This document shows positions 23,821 through 35,754 of a DNA stretch of 64,000 bases, one piece after another. The translations under genes were made by a program, and so were the position numbers. Below the pieces are notes generated by a model. That model was not told where the DNA came from. It saw nothing but the letters and a program-made list of their open reading frames with translations, and searched no databases. Position 1 is the first letter of the stretch, and every line of letters begins with the position of its first letter. The DNA is from Zootoca vivipara (taxonomy: Eukaryota): contig NC_083276.1 of NCBI RefSeq assembly GCF_963506605.1, positions 82,274,001 through 82,338,000 on the forward strand, written 5' to 3'.

Positions 23821-25418
23821 CTCTGAAGAGATAAGGGGTGATGCAGCCACAGGGGCAAAAGACTTGAATTGTCTCTTTGCTGAGGCATCAAAGCACTGAC
23901 TTCCCCATGCCTGAGTCATCTTCTCCATCTCCCTCTCCCTCTATGGAACTGACAGTGACACTTGGCTTTGGGAAGGCATGTGAGCAGTGCCACCATGCCT
24001 GTGCTGCCCCATTGCCTGCTGCAATTGCTATTGCCATTTCCTGTGGCAGCAATTTTTAAATTCATTATTTTTAAAAAATAAAAAGAAGCTGTGCTGCTGC
24101 CACTGCTAATGGCGAGCCCCACTTCTGAGATACTGTGATCCCTGCCCCTGACAGTCCCTGCAGAAATTTAGTAAAATAGCCCACCAATTTGTCTATCTGG
24201 AAATATGGTGGAGAAATTTGAGAGGCTACTTGTGCACAGCCCTAGCCGATATATTGCATGTACTTTACTGTCTATACAACACTATCAGTCGTCAACATTT
24301 GGCAGAATTTCAGAATGCAATTCTGATTATTATTATTTTACTAGCGAACCTTTTCATTTATTGCTCTTTTGGAATTTGAGGACTGTTTTTAAGGAATTGA
24401 TGTAAAGCAGAGATGGAAAATACCCAGATATTATTGGACTACAACTCCCATTATCACTGGTCATTGGCCATTCCAACTGTGGCTGTGGCTTGCTTCCACT
24501 ACCACAATGAGATGGATGGACTAGCTTTGACTGGAGGCATACCAATCTGGTCAGTGGTGCTTCTGCTATTGCCAGCACCCCCCTCTGCCCCTTTTGACTC
24601 TGTGAACCGTAGCTACACACAGGAGAGCCTGGGCCCCAGGTTATGAGTGCCCAATGGCGCCTGTGACATAACATGACGCCATGATGTCACGACGTCATGA
24701 CTTCATGTTGTGTTGGTGGCACAGCAGTGCTTCTGAGGCCTTGCGTTGTCTTGGAGGTTACACCTGAGGCCTCGCGAGACCTCGGATGAGATTTCCAGTT
24801 TCTACTCATGTTTCTAGTCATGTTCAGAGGCTGGAAGGGCCTTAAACATCGCTTCTGAGACCTCGCAGGGTCTCAGAGGTCACATCTGAGGCCTTGTGAG
24901 GCCTCCGAATGCAACTGCCAGTAGAAGGTCTTATTTTATGGCCTGTGTATTGAGTGCTGCAGCACTGATTGTTTGTGCTGGATGTACTGACATAAGGCTT
25001 ACATGGAACAAACACAATAAAAAAAAAACTAAGACTGCGGCCAAAATGGAGGGTGGAGGGTGCACTAGCCAACTAAGCCAGCTAAGATAAAACATGGGCA
25101 ACAAACAATGTTTACTTATTTATTTACCTGTTTACTGACTTTAAGGAAGGGAATGATTAATTGGCAAAGGACAGACAAATGAACAGATGGCTGGATACCA
25201 GTAGGCACTGGATGGGAAAACATGTCAACATAAGTAATATAAATAACCAGTAATGAATTAACCACTGATATTAACTAAAGCCAAGTAGGGTACTACTGCA
25301 AAGAGTCACACATTATACACACGTGCACACACATCACAAGATGAAGTGGAACACAAAATTGTTTTTTTTTTAAAAAAACTATCTAAAAAGCTTTAGATTA
25401 AAAACAAACTTTGGCTCC

Positions 25419-25983
25419 TTGGATAGAGGATAGAAGATGGTTTTCAGTGTCATGCTCTATTTATGAGCTGTATTCTATTTACTGTTTTGAATTTTCTCAA
25501 TATTTGACAACTCAGATTTTAATTAGGTCCACAGAGCTTGTATATTGTTATGACATCTCAAAGGACTTCCAAAACTAACCACAAAATCTTTGTTTCTCCA
25601 TTGGAAGTCAGCGTTCCCCTTGTTCCCTCTTTATATTTAGCCTCAACCATTTAAAACTGATGAAAGACTAAGCCAGGGACATGGGTCATATCAGAGGAGA
25701 ATCACTGCAGGATCTGCGGATTTATTTTTAACATCATGCACTTAACTGAAAAAGCCAGATTTCTGTGGGACTACTTTGCATGATTAACCCCTTGGCTTGG
25801 CAAACAACAAGAGGTAAGGTGCTGATTGTGGACCTTTGTAGACCTCTCTTGATTTTTCTGAGAGCTTTACATGAGTAGCAGCCCCTGATTCAGCTGACAG
25901 AAATTTGGAAATAGCCAAATGATTGTTAGGGTGTGTGTTTTTTAACCAATTCTGCTTGTCCCATTACTAGAAAGCACATGTCT
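25419..25983 (+). promoter_or_regulatory. Putative promoter/non-coding first exon of the OR5AP2-like gene
   Basis: TAATTA core, TATA-like TTTATATTTA, donor GAG/GTAAGG at 25813/25814 pairing with acceptor ...ccccaatattctag at 26284. Confidence 0.55.
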
Positions 25984-26318
25984 GAGTGCTTTTCCACTTG
26001 ACCAATGCTTTCTAGGCATGGATCCAAGTGATTTCCCCCTTGCCTCGCCCCTTTCCCAGGGAAAACCTGCTCTTTAGCTCAGAGCAAACAGCAATCAGTA
26101 GAAACCTATTGGGAAGTAGCCAGATGACTGAGTCCCAAGAACACTAGAGGATCACGTGTCCCCCAGACCTGTTCTATAGACTTGATATCATGACTGGAAA
26201 GAAAAGGAAGGGAGGAATTGAACATCTGTTTGGTATTCACTCTTATAGCAAGTTCAGGTCCACCATTTCCCCCCAATATTCTAGGATGCGAAAAATTACA
26301 CATGGTGAGGAACTGGTC

Positions 26319-27248
26319 ATGGAGAATTACACCACAACAACTGAGTTCATCCTTCGTGGACTGACAGATCAGCCAGAACTGAAGATTCCCCTCTTTGTGA
26401 TTTTTCTAGGGATCTATGCTGTCAGCATCGTGGGTAATCTAGGAATGATTGTTTTAATAGGAATTGACTCTCGACTTCACACGCCCATGTATTTTTTCCT
26501 TTGCTACCTATCCTTTGTTGACTTCTGTTACTCCACCGTCATCACTCCCAAGATGCTGGTAAACTTTGTAGCTGATGCTAACATCATTTCATTCCGTGGA
26601 TGTGCAGCGCAGTTCTACTTCTTTGGCTCATTTGCGGGCATCGAGGGTTTCCTTTTGGCGGTAATGGCATATGACAGGTACAATGCCATTTGCAACCCAC
26701 TCCTCTACAAGGTGATTATGTCATGGAACGTCTGCAGCTACTTAGTAACTGCCTCCTTTCTAGCTGGATTTATAAATGCAGCAATTCACACTTATTTCAC
26801 GTTCCACCTACACTTCTGTGATTCTAACATCATCAACCACTTCTTCTGCGACACGCCCCCTCTCCTCGCACTCTCTTGCACTGACATACACATCAACCTG
26901 ATCATCATTTTTGTCTTTGCCAGTTTTAATGAATTAAGCTGCCTCATCACAATTCTTATTTCCTACATCTATATCCTCTCTGCCATCTTACGGATCAGCT
27001 CCTCAGAAGGGAGGCGCAGAGCTTTCTCTACCTGTGCTTCCCACTTACTGGCAGTCACCATATTCTTTGGAACGATCCTGTTCATGTATTTGAGACCCAG
27101 CTCCAGCCACTCTATGGACCAGGACAAAATAGTCTCTGTCTTCTACACTGTGGTGATTCCCATGCTGAACCCACTGATCTACAGCCTGAGGAACAGGGAG
27201 GTAAAAGATGCTCTGAGAAAAGCTGTGCATAGGAAAGCTGTGTTTTAA
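26319..27248 (+). CDS. OR5AP2: OR5AP2-like olfactory receptor, intact (alternative in-frame ATG at 26286)
   Basis: All OR motifs present; [30 protein letters not shown] and [16 protein letters not shown] match recalled OR5AP2; the ORF-track 5' extension lies upstream of the acceptor. Confidence 0.92.
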   Translation: MENYTTTTEFILRGLTDQPELKIPLFVIFLGIYAVSIVGNLGMIVLIGIDSRLHTPMYFFLCYLSFVDFCYSTVITPKMLVNFVADANIISFRGCAAQFYFFGSFAGIEGFLLAVMAYDRYNAICNPLLYKVIMSWNVCSYLVTASFLAGFINAAIHTYFTFHLHFCDSNIINHFFCDTPPLLALSCTDIHINLIIIFVFASFNELSCLITILISYIYILSAILRISSSEGRRRAFSTCASHLLAVTIFFGTILFMYLRPSSSHSMDQDKIVSVFYTVVIPMLNPLIYSLRNREVKDALRKAVHRKAVF

Positions 27249-27705
27249 CATGTTGCCCACTCGAATACTATCAGTGTGTGCTTTGGGCATGTTGGTAGTA
27301 GACTAGCTTTAGCACAATTTGATAAATATATTGTTAAATGTAAATGTTGTCCGTTGATTTTTACCTAGTTCTGTTTAGCTTATATTTTCATTATGTTGGG
27401 AAGAACAGACTGTTTGGGGTAGAGCTGCAGCTCAGTGGAAGAGAGTTTGAAACCCGGGAGAGTCCCAGCCAGTCAATGTAAATGATATTGATCTAGACTG
27501 ATCAATTATCTGATTCAGTATAAGACAGCTTCTTATATACCTAACTTCATTATAACGGAACCTAATGACTTGTAATTCAGCCAGATATCCAGATTGCACA
27601 GAAATAACTTATGGAGACCTAGAGTTTCATTCAACTAAGTCCTACTCAGAGTAGACTCATTGAAATTTATGAACCTAAGTTAGTAATGTGTATTAACTCA
27701 GGACT

Positions 27706-28386
27706 GGGACACGGGTGGCACTGTGGGTTAAACCACAGAGACTAGGGCTTGCCAATCAGAAGGCCAGCAGTTCGAATCCCCACAATGGGGTGATCTCCCA
27801 TTGCTCGGTCCCTGCTCCTACCAACCTAGCAGTTCGAAAGCACATCAAAGTGCAAATAGATAAATAGGTACCGCTCTGACAGGAAGGTAAACAGTGTTTC
27901 CGTGTGCTGCTCTGGTTCGCCAGAAGCGGCTTAGTCATGCTGGCCACATGACCCGGAAACTGTACGCCGGCCAGTAAAGCGAGATGAGCTGCAACCCCAG
28001 AGTCAGAGCCGTCCTTCCTACTGGGCTGACTGGCACGTTGTGCCAGGGCGCCGGCCTCTCAGGGGTGCCCCAGTGAGTGGGGGAGCTGCACGGCCCACGT
28101 GGAGGTGAAGCCAGGGCACACTGCAGAAAGAGCTCTGGCAGCACCCGAGCCCAGGCGGGGGGTGGGGTGGCGGGAGCAGCGCTCGAAAGGGCTCATTTCG
28201 GTGCATTGTTCCTGCCACGCCCCCTCGCAACAGCAGGCTTGCAAGCCGCCATTCCAATGGTGCCTAGCAAGCCCATGGGGGGGGCGCCGGAGGTATTTTT
28301 GCACTATGGCGCTGGATACCCTTAAGATGGCCCTGCCCAGAGTCGTTCGCGACTGGACCTAATGGTCAGGGGTCCCTTTACCTTTA
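27706..28386 (+). mobile_element. Sauria SINE interrupted by a hAT MITE
   Basis: SINE head at 27706 and tail at 28386; sequence resumes after the insertion. Confidence 0.88.
28004..28335. mobile_element. hAT MITE (332 bp, CpG-rich)
   Basis: TIRs CAGAGCCGTC / GATGGCCCTG; perfect 8-bp TSD cccagagt. Confidence 0.85.
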
Positions 28387-30013
28387 TTCTGAGTAGGGCT
28401 AGCATTGAATGCCATCCATAGGCTTGGGTCCTATTTTCCTTTCTTCCAACAGGAGCTTTCTCTGAGTGGAGTTCCAGCAGCAGCAACAGAGAAGGTGATT
28501 TTTGCCATTTCCCCCTGCAGTCACTTGCCCCCCCCCCTGGAAACCTGCTCAGGAGGGTTCTGGATCCTTCCAGAACAGTGTGAGAGGCTTCAATGGGAGG
28601 GGGTAATTGGCCAAACAAAACAAAACAAAACCCAACCCTGCACCTCTTTCTTTTGATCCTTCAGCCAATCAAAAGCCCTACAGGTACATGAATGAAAGGA
28701 ACCCTTCTGTCTGCATTTAATTCATTTGCTGAATTAAAATATGCTGTATAATTTAGTACAGGAGTATCCTCTGGGTGTTGTTGAACTATATTTTCAATTT
28801 GCCACTGCCAACATGATGAATAATCAGGAATAATAGGAGCTGTAGTCTAACAACATTTGCAAAAGTCTTGTCATCCACAAAAAAAATATCAAATTGAAAT
28901 ACAAACTATTTAAAGGTTTCATAAAGATGATTTATTTTCTCAATTCTAGAAATATACCGGTAATGACAATATTTTTTGATAAAACACAATTGTATTACCC
29001 CCCCCCCAATATTATCGATTTCCAGCTCTAACATGACCTTCAGTGGAAATGAAAAAGTAGGAGAATTCATTTTATAATGGTAATTATTTCATAAAATTTA
29101 TATGCCGCTTGATTGTAGAAAAAGCCTCAAAGTGGTTTACAAAAAGATAAATTTAGCAGAGCAAGATGAATTAAAGATGCAACACAGACTGTATTCACAT
29201 GTGATGTCATGTTAGGGATGCTCCCTGGAAGTTTTTTGGTGTAAAATGGTACTCCACACTGTAGGGCATTGTGAGGTTTTGGTGAGTTAGACTTGAGAAA
29301 ATGGGGGGGGGCAAAGGGGGGAATGATTCATTTGCATAAAATACCTGGTTTGTTTATTCAATAAAATACCTTACATTGAATGTATGACAAATATACATAC
29401 TGCACAGAAAAAAGTATCATTGTGTACAATGCTACACCATTTTATCATTCTGCTGGTAGGCCTGGAATACATATTGTATTATGAAAATACACAGGGATCC
29501 TGCCCATTTAGGTTGCTGTTGCAGACATCAGACGGAAGATGGAGCTCTGAGAAAAGGAAGGAAAAGAAGATGTTGTTTCCCATTGATGAATGTAAGCCTG
29601 TTCAGGGTGCTTCAGAGCTCCTTCTGAGCAATAAATGTCCTTTTAAAAAAACCTCCATGATGCTCAACAGTCGAATATTTGGCAACTCAAATCCATGCTG
29701 ACTAGCTCACCTAGGGATTGCATGAACCAACTACCTCCTCCCCATCTGAGCATTTGCAGGAGAAAGCATTCACACATACCACTGTATGGAATCATACGTA
29801 TATAAAGGTTCTGCCCCTGCAGACATTTGCACTGTACAGGCTGATGTTAGACAGGCACATGGCAGGTGCAAGGCCTGTCAAAGCAGGCCCACTCTCTTCT
29901 CATGCACTGGCCCAATGTGTGAGGGATACTTTTGAAAAGAACTTCAGTATGGAGGAAACTGAGCTGAGGGGATCTTCTCACACCCTTTGAGATATAGACT
30001 TACAAAGCCACTG

Positions 30014-30348
30014 GGGCATGGGTGGCACTGTGGTCTAAACCACCAAGCCTCTTGGGCTTGCCGATTGGAAGATCGGCGGTTCGAATCCCTGCAACAGGGT
30101 GAGCTCCCGTTGCTCTGTCCCAGCTCCTGCCAACCTAGCAGTCTGAAAGCACACCAGTGCAAGTAGATAAATAGGTACCACTGCAGTGGGAAGGTAAACG
30201 GCTTCCTAGCAGCAGTTTAATCATGGTGGCCACATGACCCAGAAAGCTGTCTGTGGACAAACACTGGCTCCCTCGGTCTGAAAGTGAGATGAGCGCCACA
30301 ACCCCATAGTCGCCTTTGACTGGACTTAACTGTCCAGGGGTCCTTTAC
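30014..30348 (+). mobile_element. Sauria SINE
   Basis: 15-bp TSD cttacaaagccactg (29999-30013, 30349-30363). Confidence 0.9.
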
Positions 30349-30773
30349 CTTACAAAGCCACTGTAACATATGTAACAAAAGGTGAACAAAAGGTCAATCA
30401 CTGTAGGATTAAAAACTTTACTGGACAGTATCAATGTCATTCTTCGGTATTGGCTCAGTTTTATTTCTACTATAATCACTTTTAGTTTAACAACAAATCA
30501 ATTGCTGTTGTGAAATTCCTGCACATCTTTGTCCTTTTATTCTACTAAATGAAGACAGATATTGGGGTCTTCAGGGAGGGGTAGTACATCATGCTCCTTC
30601 TGGGGTAGTTTGTCCACCCCACTCGGCTCTCACCTGTAGCTTCCAGAAGTTGTCAGCACAGCATACAACACATCCTGGAAAATAGTTTCAATTGACTGGA
30701 TAAACCAGGTGAGAGTAGCCAATGGGTCTTAAACCCTAAGTGTGTTAGGGACTAGTCTGTCCTCTGCAGGTGA

Positions 30774-31169
<396 letters not shown>

Positions 31170-31237
31170 GGATTGAGTGGACAAGACCAATAGCGGCTCC
31201 AACGGTCAAGAAGGCGGTTTCTGCACATGGTGTAGAG

Positions 31238-31670
31238 CAGGGGTCCCCAGACTTACCGGCGTTTGGGCCGGTTCCCACCGCGCCAATCGCGCGGCGGGCC
31301 GGAGGACGGGGGAGCGCGCACCTGTGCGGGCTGGCGGACGGGGGAGTGCGCGCCCGTGCACATGCGCACGGGCGCTTACTGGCGCGGCGACGCGCTTCCA
31401 GGGTGGAAAAAGCGCCGAAAATGCGTTGTGCGCATGCGTATGGGCCTCCCCCGACCCGGAAGTGCACCAGAAATGACCTCTTCCGGGTCGGGAGAGGCCC
31501 ATACGCATGCGCACAAAGGATTTTCGGCGCTTTTTCCCCGACCCGGAAGAGCGCTGCCGCGCTGCGCGCCGTAAGAGCGGGCGGCGGCAGGCGGCGGGGG
31601 TTGTCGCGGGCTGGATTGGCAGGCCAATTGGGCCACATCCGGCCCCGGGGCCGTAGTCTGGGGACCCCTG
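31238..31670. mobile_element. Young hAT (Charlie-type) MITE, 433 bp
   Basis: Perfect 16-bp TIRs CAGGGGTCCCCAGACT / AGTCTGGGGACCCCTG; perfect 8-bp TSD gtgtagag; CpG largely intact. Confidence 0.92.
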
Positions 31671-32330
31671 GTGTAGAGGCATATGGGGCTCATCAACCTG
31701 AGAAGGTTGCCCATCTAGGGGAAGGAAAATTCTGATCCTAAACCTCTGCTGCCTTGTGGAATATTTTCCAGCCATGGTAAATCCTACAAAAATCTGGAGT
31801 GGAGTCCCTAAGGTGGTTGGAAAGTGCCTTGTATGCTTCCTTTCAGCAACTCCTCCATGTTATTAGAGTTTGCTATGGTCTCAAACCTACATAGATGTGT
31901 GAAAAGTCTATGAGCAGTGAAGGCTCTGGATAGCACCTTCCTTTGCCCATGGCTTCCCATCCCCAAGTCTGCCAGACATGCATACATTGGATGTCATGTT
32001 TGAATAGCTACACACAGCTTTAAAATCATAATGGCTATTCTATACAATACATGTCCTTAATATCAGAGATAATAATGGGGTGGGCAACTCTAATTTGAAC
32101 AAAAGTGCACTAGGCTGCTATTTTTCAGTAGCAGTCCCATTTCATTTGTAATGTCCACTTCTGTCTTTAGACTATATAAATGTACAATGTAAGAGCAAGC
32201 CAGCTTCCCATTTTATAAGTATCAGCAAGTGCAGGTGCCGTAAACTGCAATATTAATTTAATCTGAAACTAGCTCTGATCAACAACGATCAAGAGCTGAA
32301 CCCATTCTGCTGCAGTAGTTGACCAACATG

Positions 32331-32772
32331 GTTGTTGTTGTTTAGTTGTTTAGTCGTGTCCGACTCTTCGTGACCCCCTGGACCAGAGCACGCCAGGAAC
32401 TCCTGTCTTCCACTGCCTCCTGCAGTTTGGTCAAACTCATGTTCGTAGCTTCGAGGACACTGTCCAACCATCTCGTCCTCTGTCGTCCCCTTCTCCTAGT
32501 GCCCTCAATCTTTCCCAACATCAGGGTCTTTTCCAGGGAGTCTTCTCTTCTCATGAGGTGGCCAAAGTATTGGAGCCGCAGTTTCAGGATCTGTCCTTCC
32601 AGTGAGCACTCAGGGCTGATTTCCTTCAGAATGGATAGGTTTGATCTTCTTGCCGTCCATGGGACTCTCAAGAGTCTCCTCCAGCACCTTAATTCAAAAG
32701 CATCAATTCTTCGGCGATCAGCCTTCTTTATGGTCCAGCTCTCACTTCCATACATCACTACTGGGAAAACCA
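32331..32772 (-). mobile_element. BovB (RTE) LINE 3' fragment
   Basis: ORF VFPVVMYGSESWTIKKADRRRIDAFEL...KLRLQYFGHLMRREDSLEKTLMLGKIEG; (CAA)n tail. Confidence 0.92.
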
Positions 32773-32898
32773 CATTACAAGCAGAAGATAAACACACAGC
32801 ACTCACAACAGTTCTTTATATAAGCATAGACTTCACACAATTTATGGCAATAAATAATAGTGGATATTAACCTTTAGATAAGGAATTAATGGACATTA

Positions 32899-33846
32899 TC
32901 ATTTACGGTGTATATTAGTAAAATACTTCCCTACCAGTCTCTTCATGGCATCCTTGACCTCCTTGTTCCTTAGGCTATAGATCAGTGGATTCAGCATGGG
33001 AATCACCACTGCATAAAACAAAGACACTATTTTGCCCCGTTCTGGGGACAGGCTAGAAGGACGCCTGATATACATGACGAAAACTGTCCCATAAAAGAGG
33101 GTGACAGCCATCAGGTGGAAGCCACATGTGGAGAAAGCTTTGTACCTACCCTCAACAGAGGGTATCCTCAGGATCGTAGAGAGAATGAAAATGTAGGAGA
33201 TTAGAATAACAACAAGGGAGCTGATGAGGTTGAAACTGGCAGAAAGTAACATTAGGGTCTGTTTGACATGGGTGTCAGAGCAGGACAGTTTCATGAGAGC
33301 TGGGTCAGCACAGTAAAAGTGGTTGATGACATGGGAGCCACGAAAGGTCAGGCGGAAGGTGAATATGGTCTGTATCATGGCATCTAGGAAAGCATATGCC
33401 GAGGGAACTGCCACCAGCCACATGCAGACCTTCCATGTCATCTTCGTGTGATACATCAGTGGGTTGCAGATAGCTGCATACCGATCATATGCCATGACGG
33501 CCAGGATGAAGGATTCTGTGAGACCCAGAGCAATGAAGAGATAACACTGTATCAAGCATCCAGTAAATGAAATGTATTTGTGGCCTGTAACTAAATTTGC
33601 CAACATCCGAGGTGTGACATTGGAGGAATAGCAAAAGTCTATAAAGGACAAGCTGCTGAGGAAGAAGTACATGGGGGTGTGGAGTTGGGGATCCATCTTG
33701 ATTACTGTGATTGTCCCCAGATTTCCCACAACAGTAATCATATAGACCAGCAGGAACAAAACAGAGAGTGGGAGCTGCAATTTAGGATACTCTGCAAATC
33801 CCAATAGAATAAATTCAGATGCTGATGTACTATTCCCTTTCACCAT
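32899..33846 (-). CDS. OR5M-like olfactory receptor, open 315-aa frame with eroded motifs
   Basis: [15 protein letters not shown] and HFYCADP are OR5M-type; ATG at 33846 downstream of acceptor tgtctttcag (33910); atypical FRGS, CADPAL and STCGFHL. Confidence 0.9.
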   Translation of the reverse strand: MVKGNSTSASEFILLGFAEYPKLQLPLSVLFLLVYMITVVGNLGTITVIKMDPQLHTPMYFFLSSLSFIDFCYSSNVTPRMLANLVTGHKYISFTGCLIQCYLFIALGLTESFILAVMAYDRYAAICNPLMYHTKMTWKVCMWLVAVPSAYAFLDAMIQTIFTFRLTFRGSHVINHFYCADPALMKLSCSDTHVKQTLMLLSASFNLISSLVVILISYIFILSTILRIPSVEGRYKAFSTCGFHLMAVTLFYGTVFVMYIRRPSSLSPERGKIVSLFYAVVIPMLNPLIYSLRNKEVKDAMKRLVGKYFTNIHRK

Positions 33847-35392
33847 TCTGCTATGCTTTTTTCCTTTTGAGATACAGGAATTGAAATGCAGGCAGTCTAA
33901 GTGCTTTTCCTGAAAGACAAAACAACCCAGTTTATGTTTCTTCCTTCCTTCGGGCAGATGCTGGCACAATATACTTCCCTCGCAGGAGATAAGAGCATCA
34001 TTGTCATCAGTAAGTTTATTGTTCTAGCTGAAGGCCATGGCAATTGAGTAGAATATCTGTGGAAGAATAAACATGAAAACATGCTGAAGGCTGGCCTAGA
34101 ACATACCATGCAATTGGATTCTGGAGGAAATATCCCAAGCAGGATCTTTCCCAGTCTTTTCCCAGTCTACTCTTCAAGCCCATCTAGGCACAAACAAGCC
34201 CCAGATATTTCCCATCGAAAGAATAGAGGAAAGTAGGAATCCCATGTGTAAGTTTATGCCACAATCACTGGGTCAGGTGCCATTTGCACAGGTGGTTCAC
34301 TATTTGAAGTGCTGCCAGCTGACAGTCCTCAATTTGAAGACATCTTCTGTTTGAAGGGCTGTCTGGTCCAAGTCCTGTTTTAAGATAAAGAGCCGTAAGA
34401 AGAGATAGCAGAAGCCTAGAACTTGCTCATCAGCAATTAGCCCCTGGACTGTAGACTGAGCAGAAACAAAAGTCATCCACTCACATACTTTCCCATTATG
34501 GTGAGATATATTGCATTTCTCCTTAAATTATCAAAATTCTTTCAACCTATACATATAAATTAGGATGTGCTAATTACATGCCAACCCTAATCACAGGAAT
34601 GTTTTGCCAGCACAGTCTTGCCATTCTGTAGAGTGAAACAATCCCCCCATAAGGTATAGTGCTGTACAGAATTACAAATAATCACTGTTCCTGGGACAAA
34701 TCATGAATACTTTTTACAGCCATGTTCAGCCTACCACTTCAGGAAATGTTGGAGACATTTCCACCCAGAGTCCAGAGCAGGTAATCTTCGGTAGTATGGC
34801 ACCCTGAATGAAGCCAGAACTTGGTGCCCCCAAATGAATCTTCTCAATGATGGATCTTCTCAATTTTGTGCCCCTTGGGCTCAGCACCCTGTGCAGGGAA
34901 ACTGCCCTAAATCTGGCGCTGTCCAGAGCACTGACACTGGAGCTAGGCAGAAGAATAGTTTTATACTGTACTGTCATCCTTAGCTCTAGGACATGTGACC
35001 AATAACATTTTCCTGAACTCCCCTACTAGCATGGATCCCCAAAGATATGACACAATCATTATTTTAGCACAGCCTCAGAAGTCAATTAAGAATATTCTGA
35101 GAATTTCTTTCCTCCAGAGTTGCTGAGAATAGAAAAGCATATTTATGTTTGTGATTCCTGTGGGGTTTTGAGTGAGCGGAATACAACCTCTTTCTACAAC
35201 TGCCATAGCCTGTTTGAAAAGAGGCATTTAATTATTTGTTTTCTTTCTTTATTTACAGCATCTATAGAGTGCTCTTTGTGAATGCTTTCAATCCCAGAGG
35301 GGGAACAAAGTAATAAAAATAAGCAGAGAAAAGCAAAAAAATATATATGCATGGATCATATAAACAGGACCAATAAACAACTATACAATTCT

Positions 35393-35497
35393 TGTTGTTG
35401 TTTAGTCGTGTCCGACTCTTCTTGACCCCATGGACCATAGCATGCCAGGCACTCCTGTCTTGCACTGCCTCCCGCAGTTTGGTCAAACTCATGTTCA
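35393..35497 (-). mobile_element. BovB 3' stub
   Basis: Matches the BovB 3' end; 11-bp TSD tatacaattct. Confidence 0.85.
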
Positions 35498-35664
35498 TAT
35501 ACAATTCTATTGTAAGTTAAACAAGCAAAAATACAATGCAAATCAATATTTCCAATTTAACAAAACACAAGCCTCCAGGTTAGCAGGGCTGTCAGATAGA
35601 GATGTGGAGATGGATTTGCTGCCCCGCCATCTCTCTTCTCCTTACTTGTTGGCACCGACAGCAT

Positions 35665-35754
35665 CATAGCTGTCAAGTTCTCCCCTTTTTTAAGGGAAAT
35701 TCCCTTATGCTGAATAGGCTTCCTCAAGAGAAAAGGGAAAACTTGACAGCTATG
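35665..35754. mobile_element. 90-bp hAT MITE
   Basis: TIRs CATAGCTGTCAAGTT / AACTTGACAGCTATG; 8-bp TSD gacagcat. Confidence 0.85.

Noticed and set aside
26190-26285. Long N-terminal extensions of OR ORFs (also 33847-33969, 39121-39243, 8866-8880)
   Set aside because: They cross or start upstream of polypyrimidine-AG splice acceptors or begin at non-ATG codons; they are intron or UTR read-through, not novel domains
32331-32772. BovB as a novel horizontal transfer or contamination
   Set aside because: BovB is well known in squamates, and other copies here have TSDs showing genuine integration
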